A stretch of DNA of 64,000 bases from Candidatus Falkowbacteria bacterium (GTDB lineage Bacteria > Patescibacteriota > Patescibacteriia > Patescibacteriales > UBA12465), in the NCBI GenBank assembly GCA_016432645.1, contig CP066698.1, positions 645,062 through 709,061 on the forward strand, read 5' to 3'. Position numbers and translations under genes: made by a program. The notes under the pieces were generated by a model. That model was given only the letters and a program-made list of their open reading frames with translations. It did not search any database and was not told the origin of the DNA. Positions 55,531-64,000 of the stretch are shown here, piece by piece. Position 1 is the first letter of the stretch. Each line of letters begins with the position of its first letter.

Positions 55531-58341
55531 TTTAACCTCGCCAACTCCAATCTGTCGAAGATTATTATTAGATATGCCAAGAGATAGATTTCTCATTAGC
55601 GCATAAGCATCTTCGGGGCGACCTAAATAATATCGAAGTTTAGTAATCGGATTAACATACCAGGCTTCCCCATGAGCCTCCACTTGCAAAAGAATTTTTC
55701 CTTGTTGGTTGCCGGCAAAAACCTGATCAAAAATAATTTTATTAGTTCCGTTAGTATTATAGCCATTAAGCAGTTCTGTTCGGTCATCATAGTGATCACC
55801 ATCGGTATCAGTCTTATGTTTATCAGAACTTATAGCATCTTCCAGTGAATCTGAAAGGCCGTCGCCGTCGGTATCAAGATTAGTATTTAAATTAATATCG
55901 GCAATTTTAATTTTCGCTAAATTAGCGTTTGATATTCCTTGCCCGAAAGAGCGCATAACCGAAAAAGCCATAGCAGAATTTCCTAAATAATATTTTAATT
56001 TATTAGCCGGATTCAAATACCAGACCTCTCCATGACTTTCCGTTTGAAGCAAAAGTCGGCCAGCAAGATTGGAGGATAGTTTCTGATTTACTTTAACAAC
56101 TAACGCTTTTTCGGCAGAAACCAATTTAGAAGCTAGCGCCAAATTAGCAGCCTGAGTAAAATTATTGCTAACACTGCCAAGGGCGGCATCATCATTGGTT
56201 TTATTTTTTATAATCTCCATAGAGGAGCTGCTGCTAATTATATTAGTACTTGTCGCTGTGTTAATAACCGTTTTTGTAGAGCTAGCGCTAGAAGCAGCCT
56301 GACCGCTAGAAGAAGACAGCGGTCCATTACTACTCCCCGAAGAGCCGCCACCTGAAGAACCAGAAGAGCTACTCCCCGAAGAGCCGCCGCCAGATGAAGC
56401 TACTGGCACAGTGACAGTAACCGGCGGAACAACCTCTGATGCCGCCGGACTAGGATCTTTTAAATATATTACTGAACCGTACGGGGCAATAGTAATATTT
56501 CCCGCCGCTTGCTTATTTCCCTCAATATCTACGGCCGCCCAGGGCAAAGATATTATTTTATTCTCCGTAGTGGCATTATAATCAAAAAAAATATTACTTT
56601 CATCAGAAGTGGATATTGGAGATTTTTTAGAATTTTGATCTTGACCAGTAAATGCCTGCCATTGAGAAAGCGTCCTATTAGTTGTAACGGCTAGTATATT
56701 TGTCTTAATGGTTAAATTATCATCCAATGGTCTGGCGTAAATATTATTATTTAAATTGGAGGTGCTAAAAGAAATTGGATAGTTATTATCCCAATTTGTA
56801 TAAGAAATAGCCAAATTATTAGGCGACTTAACTATAAATTTATTGTTAGTAATCGTGTTATTTATTAAATTGTTTTCATTTACCCAATTAGACATTTTTA
56901 AGCTTTCTCTATTGTCATACAAAATATTACCGGTAACATTATTATTATTTGCTTTATGAAGAAAAATCCCTCCTCGACCAGAACCAATCACTGTATTGTT
57001 ACGAACGGTAACGGTAGTCGAATATTCATCAAGGTAAATTCCTTCGCCGACAGAATTTAAAATAATATTTCCTTCAATCAAAAGATTGATTTGTGGTTTA
57101 TTGGAGCCTGAAGTATAGATTGCTCCTTGATCTTGTCTTAAAACACAAGCGTTTTCAATAAAATTATTTTTTATAGTAACGTTGCTGGTATCGGCGCCAA
57201 TGTTAATTGCATCATAACCGGTTCCTTTAATTATATTATTAGCAACATAAGGATTGGCGGTGTTAAAAAGAGTAATAGCGCCTCTATATATATAAGGCAA
57301 ACTCCCTTGCCCCTCGACTAAGCCCTGATTATTTATGGTGTTGCCGGAAATAACCGGGCTATCTCCATAAGGAAGAATACCGACGCCATTAACATTATTA
57401 ATTAAATTATTTTTTATCTGTATGGAACTGCCGGCGGTATAAATTCCAGCGGTTCCTGAAAAATTAACGTCGCAATTTTGTATTATTAAATAATCGTTCT
57501 GCCAGCCCATATTTATATTTTGAGCAATGCTGCCAGTAAAATTAAGATTTTCTATTGTTAAGTAATCTTCACCGGAAAAGGTGGCCAGCGTGTTATTGAC
57601 CGTAGCCACTTTAACCGTCTTTGTGTTAGGGTCAACTCCCCCAAAATACATATAAAACTTACCGGTATTTACATCGTGATACCACTCCCCCAACTGATCT
57701 AAAGTTCTAATATCATTTTGGATAAAATATAAGCCGCCAGTTCCCAGATTAGCATTGCTGGTCCAGACATAATCAGTGTAGGTTATGGTGTTTCCAGAAT
57801 GATTATTAATTAAAGAGCGATCTATTTCCCAGCCATTTTTAGTGATAACCAATTCGGCTCCAGTCCAATTAGGGGTTCCCGACAATTCCTGGTCCGTAAT
57901 TGAAATATTTGTATTAAACTCCTCATAAGTCAGGTGTCCGGTGTTTGGATATCTCCCCATTGCTTGCTGAACGCCGTCCAGCAAGACCATGTTTGTAAGC
58001 TTCGGGGCGACAATTATCTTTGAATATATACCATCGCCTTCATTTACCCAATCTGATATTGTGGTAAATCCGGTAATTATTGGTTTTTCTCCCAAACCGT
58101 ATGAACTATAGGTAATCCTACCAGAAGAAGAGCCGGAGCCCCTGGGGTCAAGCGTTCCGTAGAACATATCTCCCCTATTAAAAAGGATATTATCTCCGGG
58201 CTTGAAGGTGGTGGCATTTACCTTGGTTAATGTCTGCCACGGAGAAGAGCTAGACGTCCCATTATTAGAATCGTTCCCGGTTGAAGAAATATAATAAGTG
58301 GCGGCCCTGGTTAATGTCGGCAATAAAAAACCGGCAACCAT
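55528..58341 (-). CDS. large secreted right-handed beta-helix (pectate-lyase-fold-like) protein with Ser/Gly linker, Ca-binding TSP3-like Asp repeats and a duplicated C-terminal domain
   Basis: Many NN.I....G.GI-type beta-helix turns, an SSGGGSSGSSSSGSSGGGSSGSS linker, and DTDGDGLSD / DTDGDHYDD repeats. LLLQTESHGEVWYLNPANKLKYYLG is duplicated as ILLQVEAHGEAWYVNPITKLRYYLG. The true start may lie upstream (see findings). Confidence 0.7.
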   Translation of the reverse strand: MVAGFLLPTLTRAATYYISSTGNDSNNGTSSSSPWQTLTKVNATTFKPGDNILFNRGDMFYGTLDPRGSGSSSGRITYSSYGLGEKPIITGFTTISDWVNEGDGIYSKIIVAPKLTNMVLLDGVQQAMGRYPNTGHLTYEEFNTNISITDQELSGTPNWTGAELVITKNGWEIDRSLINNHSGNTITYTDYVWTSNANLGTGGLYFIQNDIRTLDQLGEWYHDVNTGKFYMYFGGVDPNTKTVKVATVNNTLATFSGEDYLTIENLNFTGSIAQNINMGWQNDYLIIQNCDVNFSGTAGIYTAGSSIQIKNNLINNVNGVGILPYGDSPVISGNTINNQGLVEGQGSLPYIYRGAITLFNTANPYVANNIIKGTGYDAINIGADTSNVTIKNNFIENACVLRQDQGAIYTSGSNKPQINLLIEGNIILNSVGEGIYLDEYSTTVTVRNNTVIGSGRGGIFLHKANNNNVTGNILYDNRESLKMSNWVNENNLINNTITNNKFIVKSPNNLAISYTNWDNNYPISFSTSNLNNNIYARPLDDNLTIKTNILAVTTNRTLSQWQAFTGQDQNSKKSPISTSDESNIFFDYNATTENKIISLPWAAVDIEGNKQAAGNITIAPYGSVIYLKDPSPAASEVVPPVTVTVPVASSGGGSSGSSSSGSSGGGSSGSSNGPLSSSSGQAASSASSTKTVINTATSTNIISSSSSMEIIKNKTNDDAALGSVSNNFTQAANLALASKLVSAEKALVVKVNQKLSSNLAGRLLLQTESHGEVWYLNPANKLKYYLGNSAMAFSVMRSFGQGISNANLAKIKIADINLNTNLDTDGDGLSDSLEDAISSDKHKTDTDGDHYDDRTELLNGYNTNGTNKIIFDQVFAGNQQGKILLQVEAHGEAWYVNPITKLRYYLGRPEDAYALMRNLSLGISNNNLRQIGVGEVK

Positions 58342-58405
58342 TATTGAGGCGGCTAAAAATATTTTTATTTTGGCTGATTTCTTTAAATATCTAATATTTT
58401 TAAGC

Positions 58406-58675
58406 TTACTTTCTTTCTACCACAATCGTCACACTGGAAAGCAGGGCGGCTAATGCGCCGATAGCGGCTAGAAGCGGCGCTACGACAACGCCGACAACCG
58501 CAAAGGTAACCGGGATTTCCATTAATGTTTTGCCTTTATCATTCTTAATAATAATCCGACGAACATTACCTTCTTTAATTAATTTTTTAACTTTAGCTAA
58601 GACTTCTTCACCAGCAACTTTAAATTGTTCGCTGGTATTTTTTTCTTGCTGCTTGCTTTTAGTTTTAGTGGCCAT
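58406..58675 (-). CDS. DUF4342-like small protein
   Basis: FKVAGEEVLAKVKKLIKEGNVRRIIIKNDKGKTLMEIPVT followed by a hydrophobic tail. 89 aa. Confidence 0.65.
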   Translation of the reverse strand: MATKTKSKQQEKNTSEQFKVAGEEVLAKVKKLIKEGNVRRIIIKNDKGKTLMEIPVTFAVVGVVVAPLLAAIGALAALLSSVTIVVERK

Positions 58676-58701
58676 AAAATTTAAATTAATAATTATTTAT
58701 T

Positions 58702-60375
58702 TTATAGATAAGCATTTTGAGCATATTCCTGCAAAACCCTCTCGGTATTGAAAAATGAGGCGTTAATACCAATTACAAAGCGCATAATCTCCTGCCACTT
58801 TATCGAGTTGTTATAATAAAGCGGAATAATTTCTTTTTCCAATAAATTATACAAACTGAGAGCGTCTTTATAATCAACAGTTCCGGTCTCGGTAATTTTG
58901 TCGCCTCTAATAGTCCAGCCGGTTTTCCCGCGGATATAGCCCTCGCGCCACCAACCATCAAAAGTGCTTAGTTGTGGTACGCCATTATGAGCAGCTTTCA
59001 TGCCACTGGTTCCCGAGGCCTCGTTTGGTGGCAAAGGGGTATTAACCCACAAATCAACCCCGGCGGTCATCAGCTTGGAGATGTTGGTATCATAACTCTC
59101 GAGAAAAACAATTTTTATCTGCGCCTGAGATTTTTTAATAATTGACTGTAAATCGGCAATTAGTTTTTTCCCACCCATATCGGCCGGATGAGCTTTGCCA
59201 GCATAAACAATTTGAATTTTGCCAACTGTATTATTAATTTTAATCAATCTTTTAAGGTCGCTGAGCAGCAATAACGGTCTTTTATAGGCAGTAAATCTTC
59301 TTGCGAGCCCAATGGTAAAAATATTTTGTTCAAAATCAACGCCCGTTTTTTCTTTAATAAATTTTAATAACCGTTTTTTAGCTCCTTGATGAGCCTCCCA
59401 AATTTCGTCGCTAGGAATAATAAAGGCATTGCGCAAAGACAAGCTAGAATGGCGCCAATTCAATAGATGTTTATCATATAAAGTGGCAAACTCCGGGGCG
59501 GTCCAAGTTAAAGAATGAACGCCATTAGTAATCGTGTGGATTTGATAATCTGGAAACATTTTACGGGAAACGAGCGCATGACTGATAGCCACGCCATTTA
59601 TATAGCCGCTAAAATAAAGGGCTAGTTTGGTCATGTTAACTTGCTTGTCTTTAATAATTTCAGGCATATCTATCGGAAAATCCGGCTGGTGCTTTAAAAC
59701 TAAATCCAAAGGAAAAATATCATTAGCCATTTTAACGGGCGTATGGGTAGTAAAAACACATCTGGTTTTTGTATCGGCAATTCTAGCGGTTAAATTTTTA
59801 CGGCGCGAGCTTAAAAACTGACTGATGGCCACAAAACTGCCATGCCCTTCATTAATATGGAATTTTTTAATACCATAACCAAGCGATTTTAATAAAGCAA
59901 AACCTCCTCGACCTAAAACTATTTCTTGAAGCAGACGATATTCCTTGTCGTTGCCATATAATTTACCGGTTAAACTTTGGTAAATCGGCTTGTTCTCAGC
60001 AAAGTTAGTATCTAAAAGATAAACGGGGATTTTAAAACCATCTGCGCCATTTATTAAATATTTCCAAGCGCCAATCTTAACATTATCTTGGCCGATTTTA
60101 ATAACAGCGCTGTCTTTTATTTTTTTTAAATGAGAAAAGTCATAATCATCAACAATTGTTTCTTCTTGTTCACCTGCTTGATTTATTTTTTGATTAAAAT
60201 AACCCTGATTGTTTAAAAGAGTAATGCCAACCATTGGCAACCTTAAATCAGCGGCCGAGCGCAAAATATCTCCCGCTAAAATACCTAGCCCGCCAGAATA
60301 AGTCTTAATGGAATTTTCTAACTCTATCTCCATGCTAAAATAGGCAATTTTAAATTTATCTTTATTGATGGCCAT
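58702..60375 (-). CDS. alpha-glucan phosphorylase (GT35, short archaeal/Thermotoga-like form)
   Basis: AYFSMEIE...YSGGLGILAGD, HINEGH, FARRF..YKR, and the PLP-Lys region EASGTSGMKA..NG. Confidence 0.88.
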   Translation of the reverse strand: MAINKDKFKIAYFSMEIELENSIKTYSGGLGILAGDILRSAADLRLPMVGITLLNNQGYFNQKINQAGEQEETIVDDYDFSHLKKIKDSAVIKIGQDNVKIGAWKYLINGADGFKIPVYLLDTNFAENKPIYQSLTGKLYGNDKEYRLLQEIVLGRGGFALLKSLGYGIKKFHINEGHGSFVAISQFLSSRRKNLTARIADTKTRCVFTTHTPVKMANDIFPLDLVLKHQPDFPIDMPEIIKDKQVNMTKLALYFSGYINGVAISHALVSRKMFPDYQIHTITNGVHSLTWTAPEFATLYDKHLLNWRHSSLSLRNAFIIPSDEIWEAHQGAKKRLLKFIKEKTGVDFEQNIFTIGLARRFTAYKRPLLLLSDLKRLIKINNTVGKIQIVYAGKAHPADMGGKKLIADLQSIIKKSQAQIKIVFLESYDTNISKLMTAGVDLWVNTPLPPNEASGTSGMKAAHNGVPQLSTFDGWWREGYIRGKTGWTIRGDKITETGTVDYKDALSLYNLLEKEIIPLYYNNSIKWQEIMRFVIGINASFFNTERVLQEYAQNAYL

Positions 60376-60465
60376 AATATTTTTTCATTCTATTTACTAT
60401 TATAACACATTATTAATCGTCTTAACCAAAAGAAAAAACGAGCTTTTAACCTCGTCTTTTCCACT

Positions 60466-60540
60466 TGGGGTGCCCATCGGGAATCGGACCCGAAATAACA
60501 GGACCACAACCTGCTGTGTTACCACTACACCATGGGCACC
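60466..60540 (-). tRNA. tRNA-His (anticodon GTG) with genome-encoded G-1 and CCA
   Basis: Reverse complement: g-gtgccca..gcagg-ttGTGgt-cctgt..tcggg-tccgatt-cccga-tgggcac-c-cca. The extra 5' G pairs with C73. Confidence 0.88.
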
Positions 60541-60567
60541 ATGCTAAAATATTTCATTTAAGAAACG

Positions 60568-60639
60568 TACGCCCAGGGGGAATCGAACCCTCATAACCAG
60601 CTTAGAAGGCTGGTGTTCTATCCATTGAACTATGGGCGC
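60568..60639 (-). tRNA. tRNA-Arg (anticodon TCT)
   Basis: Reverse complement: gcgccca-ta-gttc-aatggat-agaac-a-ccagc-ctTCTaa-gctgg... The T arm has one A-C mismatch and the acceptor closes with G1-U72. Confidence 0.82.
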
Positions 60640-60692
60640 TCAAAAAAAATCAATCTTGTCCTATATTAATAGAATTATAAGCTATTGTCAAA

Positions 60693-61484
60693 CTATCTTT
60701 TTTTACTAATATTTCGCTGTCTTAGCGCTTCAAAAATAATTATGGCCGCTGAAACTGAAACGTTTAAGGAGTCAATTCCTGGTTTCATGGGAATTTTTAT
60801 TTTACTATCGGCTAATTTTAGCCATTCCTTACTAAGGCCGTCGGCTTCGGAGCCTAAGATAATAGCGCTTGGCTCTGAAAAATCAGCCTCTGTGTAAATA
60901 TGGCTTTTACTGGTTGCAGCGGCAAAACTTTTTATCCCTAATTTTTCAAATAATTTAGCAGTTTCTTTAACCGAGGCGGCGATAATTTGATTGGTGAAAA
61001 TATGCCCTTCACTAGACCTAATAACATTGGGATTAAAAATGTCTGTTTGGGCATCATTTAAAATTACCGCCTCGACGCCGGCCGCGTAAGCGCTGCGTAA
61101 AATAGCGCCTAAATTACCGGGTTTTTCAACAGTTTCTAAAACAATAACTAAGGGGTTGTGGCTCAATTTAAGGTCAGTAATGTTCTTTATTTCTCTGGCA
61201 GCCAGAGCCAAAAATCCATCGGCATTTTCCTTATAAGAAATTTTCTTAAAAACCGCCACGGAAACCTCAATAATATCGAACCGTTTAAATACTGCTGGTA
61301 AATTTTTCTTGGCTAATTCTGGGCAATAAAAGATATTTATAATACTGACCCCAGACGAAATTGCCAGATCTATTTCTCTAAAACCATCTATTAAAAATTG
61401 GCCCGCCTTCTTTCGAAAGCTCGCTTTTTGCAGCTTAATCAGCTCTTTTATTTTTTTGTTTTCTAAACTATTAATATTTGTCAT
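60693..61484 (-). CDS. TrmH/SpoU-family RNA 2'-O-methyltransferase (RlmB-like)
   Basis: LETVEKPGNLGAILRSAYAAG, IILGSEADGLS and IPMKPGIDSLNVSVSAAIIIFE. Confidence 0.88.
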   Translation of the reverse strand: MTNINSLENKKIKELIKLQKASFRKKAGQFLIDGFREIDLAISSGVSIINIFYCPELAKKNLPAVFKRFDIIEVSVAVFKKISYKENADGFLALAAREIKNITDLKLSHNPLVIVLETVEKPGNLGAILRSAYAAGVEAVILNDAQTDIFNPNVIRSSEGHIFTNQIIAASVKETAKLFEKLGIKSFAAATSKSHIYTEADFSEPSAIILGSEADGLSKEWLKLADSKIKIPMKPGIDSLNVSVSAAIIIFEALRQRNISKKR

Positions 61485-61578
61485 AATAATTATATTATAA
61501 ACTAAAAGTTGACAAAGTCATAATATAAAAAGAATAATAATGCTATAATAAGACTATAATAATACAAATATACTATAT

Positions 61579-64000
61579 ATGCCGATACCACAAATGCGAA
61601 GGCGTCAAATAGACGGCTGGAAAAATCAGGTAGTCAGAGCTTCTGCTCAGACCGCCTCCAATAGGCCAAAAAAAACAAAAAAAATAAATAAGTGGAAAAT
61701 AATTAAATTTCTGGTAATTCTAGCGGCAGCTTTTTTAATTATTGCCTTTATTGCCGTTGCCTGGATTTCGCGGGACTTACCAAATCCCAACCAATTAATT
61801 AATCGGGAAGTTGCTCAGAGTACTAAAATTTATGACCGCACCGGTGAAAATATTTTATATGAAATCCACGGTGACCAAAAAAGAACTTTAATTTCTCTCA
61901 GCGACCTGCCGGAATATGTAAAGTGGGCGCCGATTGCTATTGAAGACAAAAGTTTTTATAATCACGGCGGTTTTAGTGTTTGGGCAATGTTTAGAACGGC
62001 GATCACTGATGTTTTGTATGGACAAACCGCCGGCGGCTCTACCTTAACCCAACAATTTATTAAAAATGCCGTCTTAACCCCGGAAAAAAAGATTACCAGA
62101 AAAATAAAAGAATTGATTTTAGCTTATCGTCTAGAGCAGCGCTTTTCTAAAGATGAAATTTTACAAATGTATCTTAATGAAATTCCTTACGGCTCTAACG
62201 CCTACGGCATAGAAGCCGCCAGCGAAAAATATTTTGGCAAACATGCTAAAGATATCAGCTTGGCCGAGGCAGCGCTCTTGGCGGCGCTGACACAGGCTCC
62301 TAGCCGCTATTCACCATATGGCTCTAATAAAGATTTTCTCTTGGGCAGAAAAGATTACGTTTTAACATTAATGCGTGAACAAGGACATATTACAAAAGAA
62401 CAAGAAGAAGCCGCTAAAGCTGAGGAAATTAAATTCATGCCCCCGGAAGTAAGCATTACTGCTCCTCATTTCGTAATGTATATTAAAGATATTTTAGCAG
62501 AAAAATACGGCGAAAAAATGATTGAGCAGGATGGCTTAAAAATATATACCACCTTAGATTTATATAAACAGCAGATTGCCGAAGAAGTTATTAAAGAAAA
62601 AACAGAAAAATACCAAGAAAAATATAATGCGAATAATGCCGCCCTGGTATCTATTGATCCAAAAACCGGACAAATTCTAGCGATGGTTGGTTCGCGCGAT
62701 TATTTCAATGACGAAATTGACGGCCAAGTAAATGTGGCCTTAAGCAACCGCCAGCCAGGTTCATCAATCAAGCCGATTGTTTATGCTGCCTTATTTAAAA
62801 AAGGTTACAGCCCGGACACCATTCTTTATGACGTTAATACTAATTTTTCAAGTGATCCTACTAATCCCTACCAACCAAAAGATTATGATCTTAAAGAACG
62901 CGGCCCTATCAGCGTTAGAAAGGCTTTAGCTGGCTCTTTAAATACGCCGGCAGTTAAAGCCTTATACTTAGCGGGAATAAAAAATGTTTTAGATTTAGCG
63001 GACAGTCTAGGGTATTCTACTTTTTATCCGCGCGACCGCTTTGGCCTAGCGTTTGTATTGGGTGGAGCTGAGGTAAAGTTAGTCGAACACGTTAATGCTT
63101 TCAGCGCTTTTGCCCGCGACGGTCAAATGAGTCCAATTGTTAGTATTCTAAAAATAGAAGATAAGAATGGTAAAATAATCGAAGAATATAAGGCGGAAGA
63201 AAAAAAGGTGCTTGAGCCTCAAATAGCTAGAATGATTAACAGCGTCCTCTCTGATAACTCGGCGCGAGCCTTTATCTTTGGAGAAAAAAATAATTTAGTC
63301 CTTAGTGGCCGGCCGGTGGCTGCTAAAACCGGAACCACAAATGATTACCATGATGCTTGGACTATCGGCTACACGCCGTCGATTGTAACTGGCGTCTGGG
63401 TTGGCAATACTAATAACGACAAGATGAAGGCTGCTGCTGACGGCAGTGTCATCGCTGCCCCTATCTGGAACGCTTATATGTCTCGAGTTTTAGGTAATAC
63501 TCCTTTTGAAAGCTTTAAGGCGCCAGATGAATACAAGTCCGGTAAAGCAATTATTGACGGCCAGCTGCCATCACAAACAATAAAAATAGATGTCTCCACT
63601 GGACAGTTGGCAACCAGTCAAACACCGCCAGAGTTAACTTCCGAATTAGTTGTTCCGGAGGCTCATTCTATTTTATTTTATGTAGATAAAGATAATCCGC
63701 TTGGACCGCAGCCGGAAAATCCGGGAAACGATCCTCAATTCAATCTCTGGGAAGCGGCGATTACGACTTGGGCAGAAAAAAACGCTAGTTCCTCTTTATT
63801 ATTAAAAGATTATAATACCCTACATAAACCGGAAAATAACCCGACTATGACAGTTACAGAACCAAAAGACGGAGATGTTGTCTCTAGTTATAATTTAAAA
63901 GTTTCTGCTTCCGCAATCGCCCCTAGAGGTATTAGTCGTTTTGAATATTATATAAACGGCAATCTTTGGAAGACAAAAATTGGTAACGATGGAAATTTAA
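61579..64000 (+). CDS. class A penicillin-binding protein (PBP1A-type transglycosylase/transpeptidase), 3' end beyond window
   Basis: Hand translation from the ATG at 61579: MPIPQMRRRQ..TM.., the GT51 motifs IAIEDKSFYNHGGF, GGSTLTQQ and RKIKE, and the transpeptidase motifs QPGSSIKP, SLN and KTGTT. It is open to position 64000 and is not in the ORF track because it is unterminated. Confidence 0.9.
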   Translation, partial: MPIPQMRRRQIDGWKNQVVRASAQTASNRPKKTKKINKWKIIKFLVILAAAFLIIAFIAVAWISRDLPNPNQLINREVAQSTKIYDRTGENILYEIHGDQKRTLISLSDLPEYVKWAPIAIEDKSFYNHGGFSVWAMFRTAITDVLYGQTAGGSTLTQQFIKNAVLTPEKKITRKIKELILAYRLEQRFSKDEILQMYLNEIPYGSNAYGIEAASEKYFGKHAKDISLAEAALLAALTQAPSRYSPYGSNKDFLLGRKDYVLTLMREQGHITKEQEEAAKAEEIKFMPPEVSITAPHFVMYIKDILAEKYGEKMIEQDGLKIYTTLDLYKQQIAEEVIKEKTEKYQEKYNANNAALVSIDPKTGQILAMVGSRDYFNDEIDGQVNVALSNRQPGSSIKPIVYAALFKKGYSPDTILYDVNTNFSSDPTNPYQPKDYDLKERGPISVRKALAGSLNTPAVKALYLAGIKNVLDLADSLGYSTFYPRDRFGLAFVLGGAEVKLVEHVNAFSAFARDGQMSPIVSILKIEDKNGKIIEEYKAEEKKVLEPQIARMINSVLSDNSARAFIFGEKNNLVLSGRPVAAKTGTTNDYHDAWTIGYTPSIVTGVWVGNTNNDKMKAAADGSVIAAPIWNAYMSRVLGNTPFESFKAPDEYKSGKAIIDGQLPSQTIKIDVSTGQLATSQTPPELTSELVVPEAHSILFYVDKDNPLGPQPENPGNDPQFNLWEAAITTWAEKNASSSLLLKDYNTLHKPENNPTMTVTEPKDGDVVSSYNLKVSASAIAPRGISRFEYYINGNLWKTKIGNDGNL

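Noticed and set aside
56290-56400. A near-tandem DNA repeat (actccccgaagagccgcc..), considered as a microsatellite or CRISPR-like repeat.
   Set aside because: It has only two copies. It is in frame inside the 937-aa gene, where it encodes the Ser/Gly linker. It is noted under the surface-protein finding instead.

Overview
This is a dense, AT-rich bacterial chromosome segment read with the standard genetic code; TGA acts as a stop, for example at the TGATG junction at 36219-36223. It holds about 60 protein genes, 8 tRNAs, a tmRNA and a 23S-5S rRNA pair. The housekeeping core is adk, recA, pilT, rnc, nusB, rpmF, ftsH, rpsA, smpB-ssrA, tig, an H+-pyrophosphatase, nusA, a glutamate dehydrogenase, trxA, recQ, elp3-glyA-folD, two phosphohexomutases, a glucan phosphorylase and a PBP1A that runs off the right edge. 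The gene style suggests a Patescibacteria/CPR-type genome: streamlined genes, many orphan membrane proteins, a T4SS-pilin-like protein, rrl-rrf without a 16S, and Elp3 and EndoQ homologues. That placement is inference from reading the sequence, not a database result. The least ordinary part is 18.2-33.2 kb. (1) Three divergent paralogues of a 2-TM protein each sit behind a related promoter and leader (TTGACC-N17-TAATCT identical in two copies), and one copy is broken at a T9 run. One paralogue is co-transcribed with an OMP-decarboxylase-like::phosphoribosyltransferase fusion, followed by a NUDIX / S51 peptidase / EEP unit. (2) An orphan operon encodes a stand-alone PEP-swivel-domain protein, an HD-like protein and a 504-aa unknown. 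(3) An AT-rich patch carries a PIN toxin, an untracked 50-aa upstream ORF and a small HNH gene. It ends in a roughly 69% GC, hairpin-dense element next to the tRNA/tmRNA cluster. I saw no CRISPR array, integrase, transposase or reverse transcriptase. All protein calls rest on motifs recognised by eye in the supplied translations.
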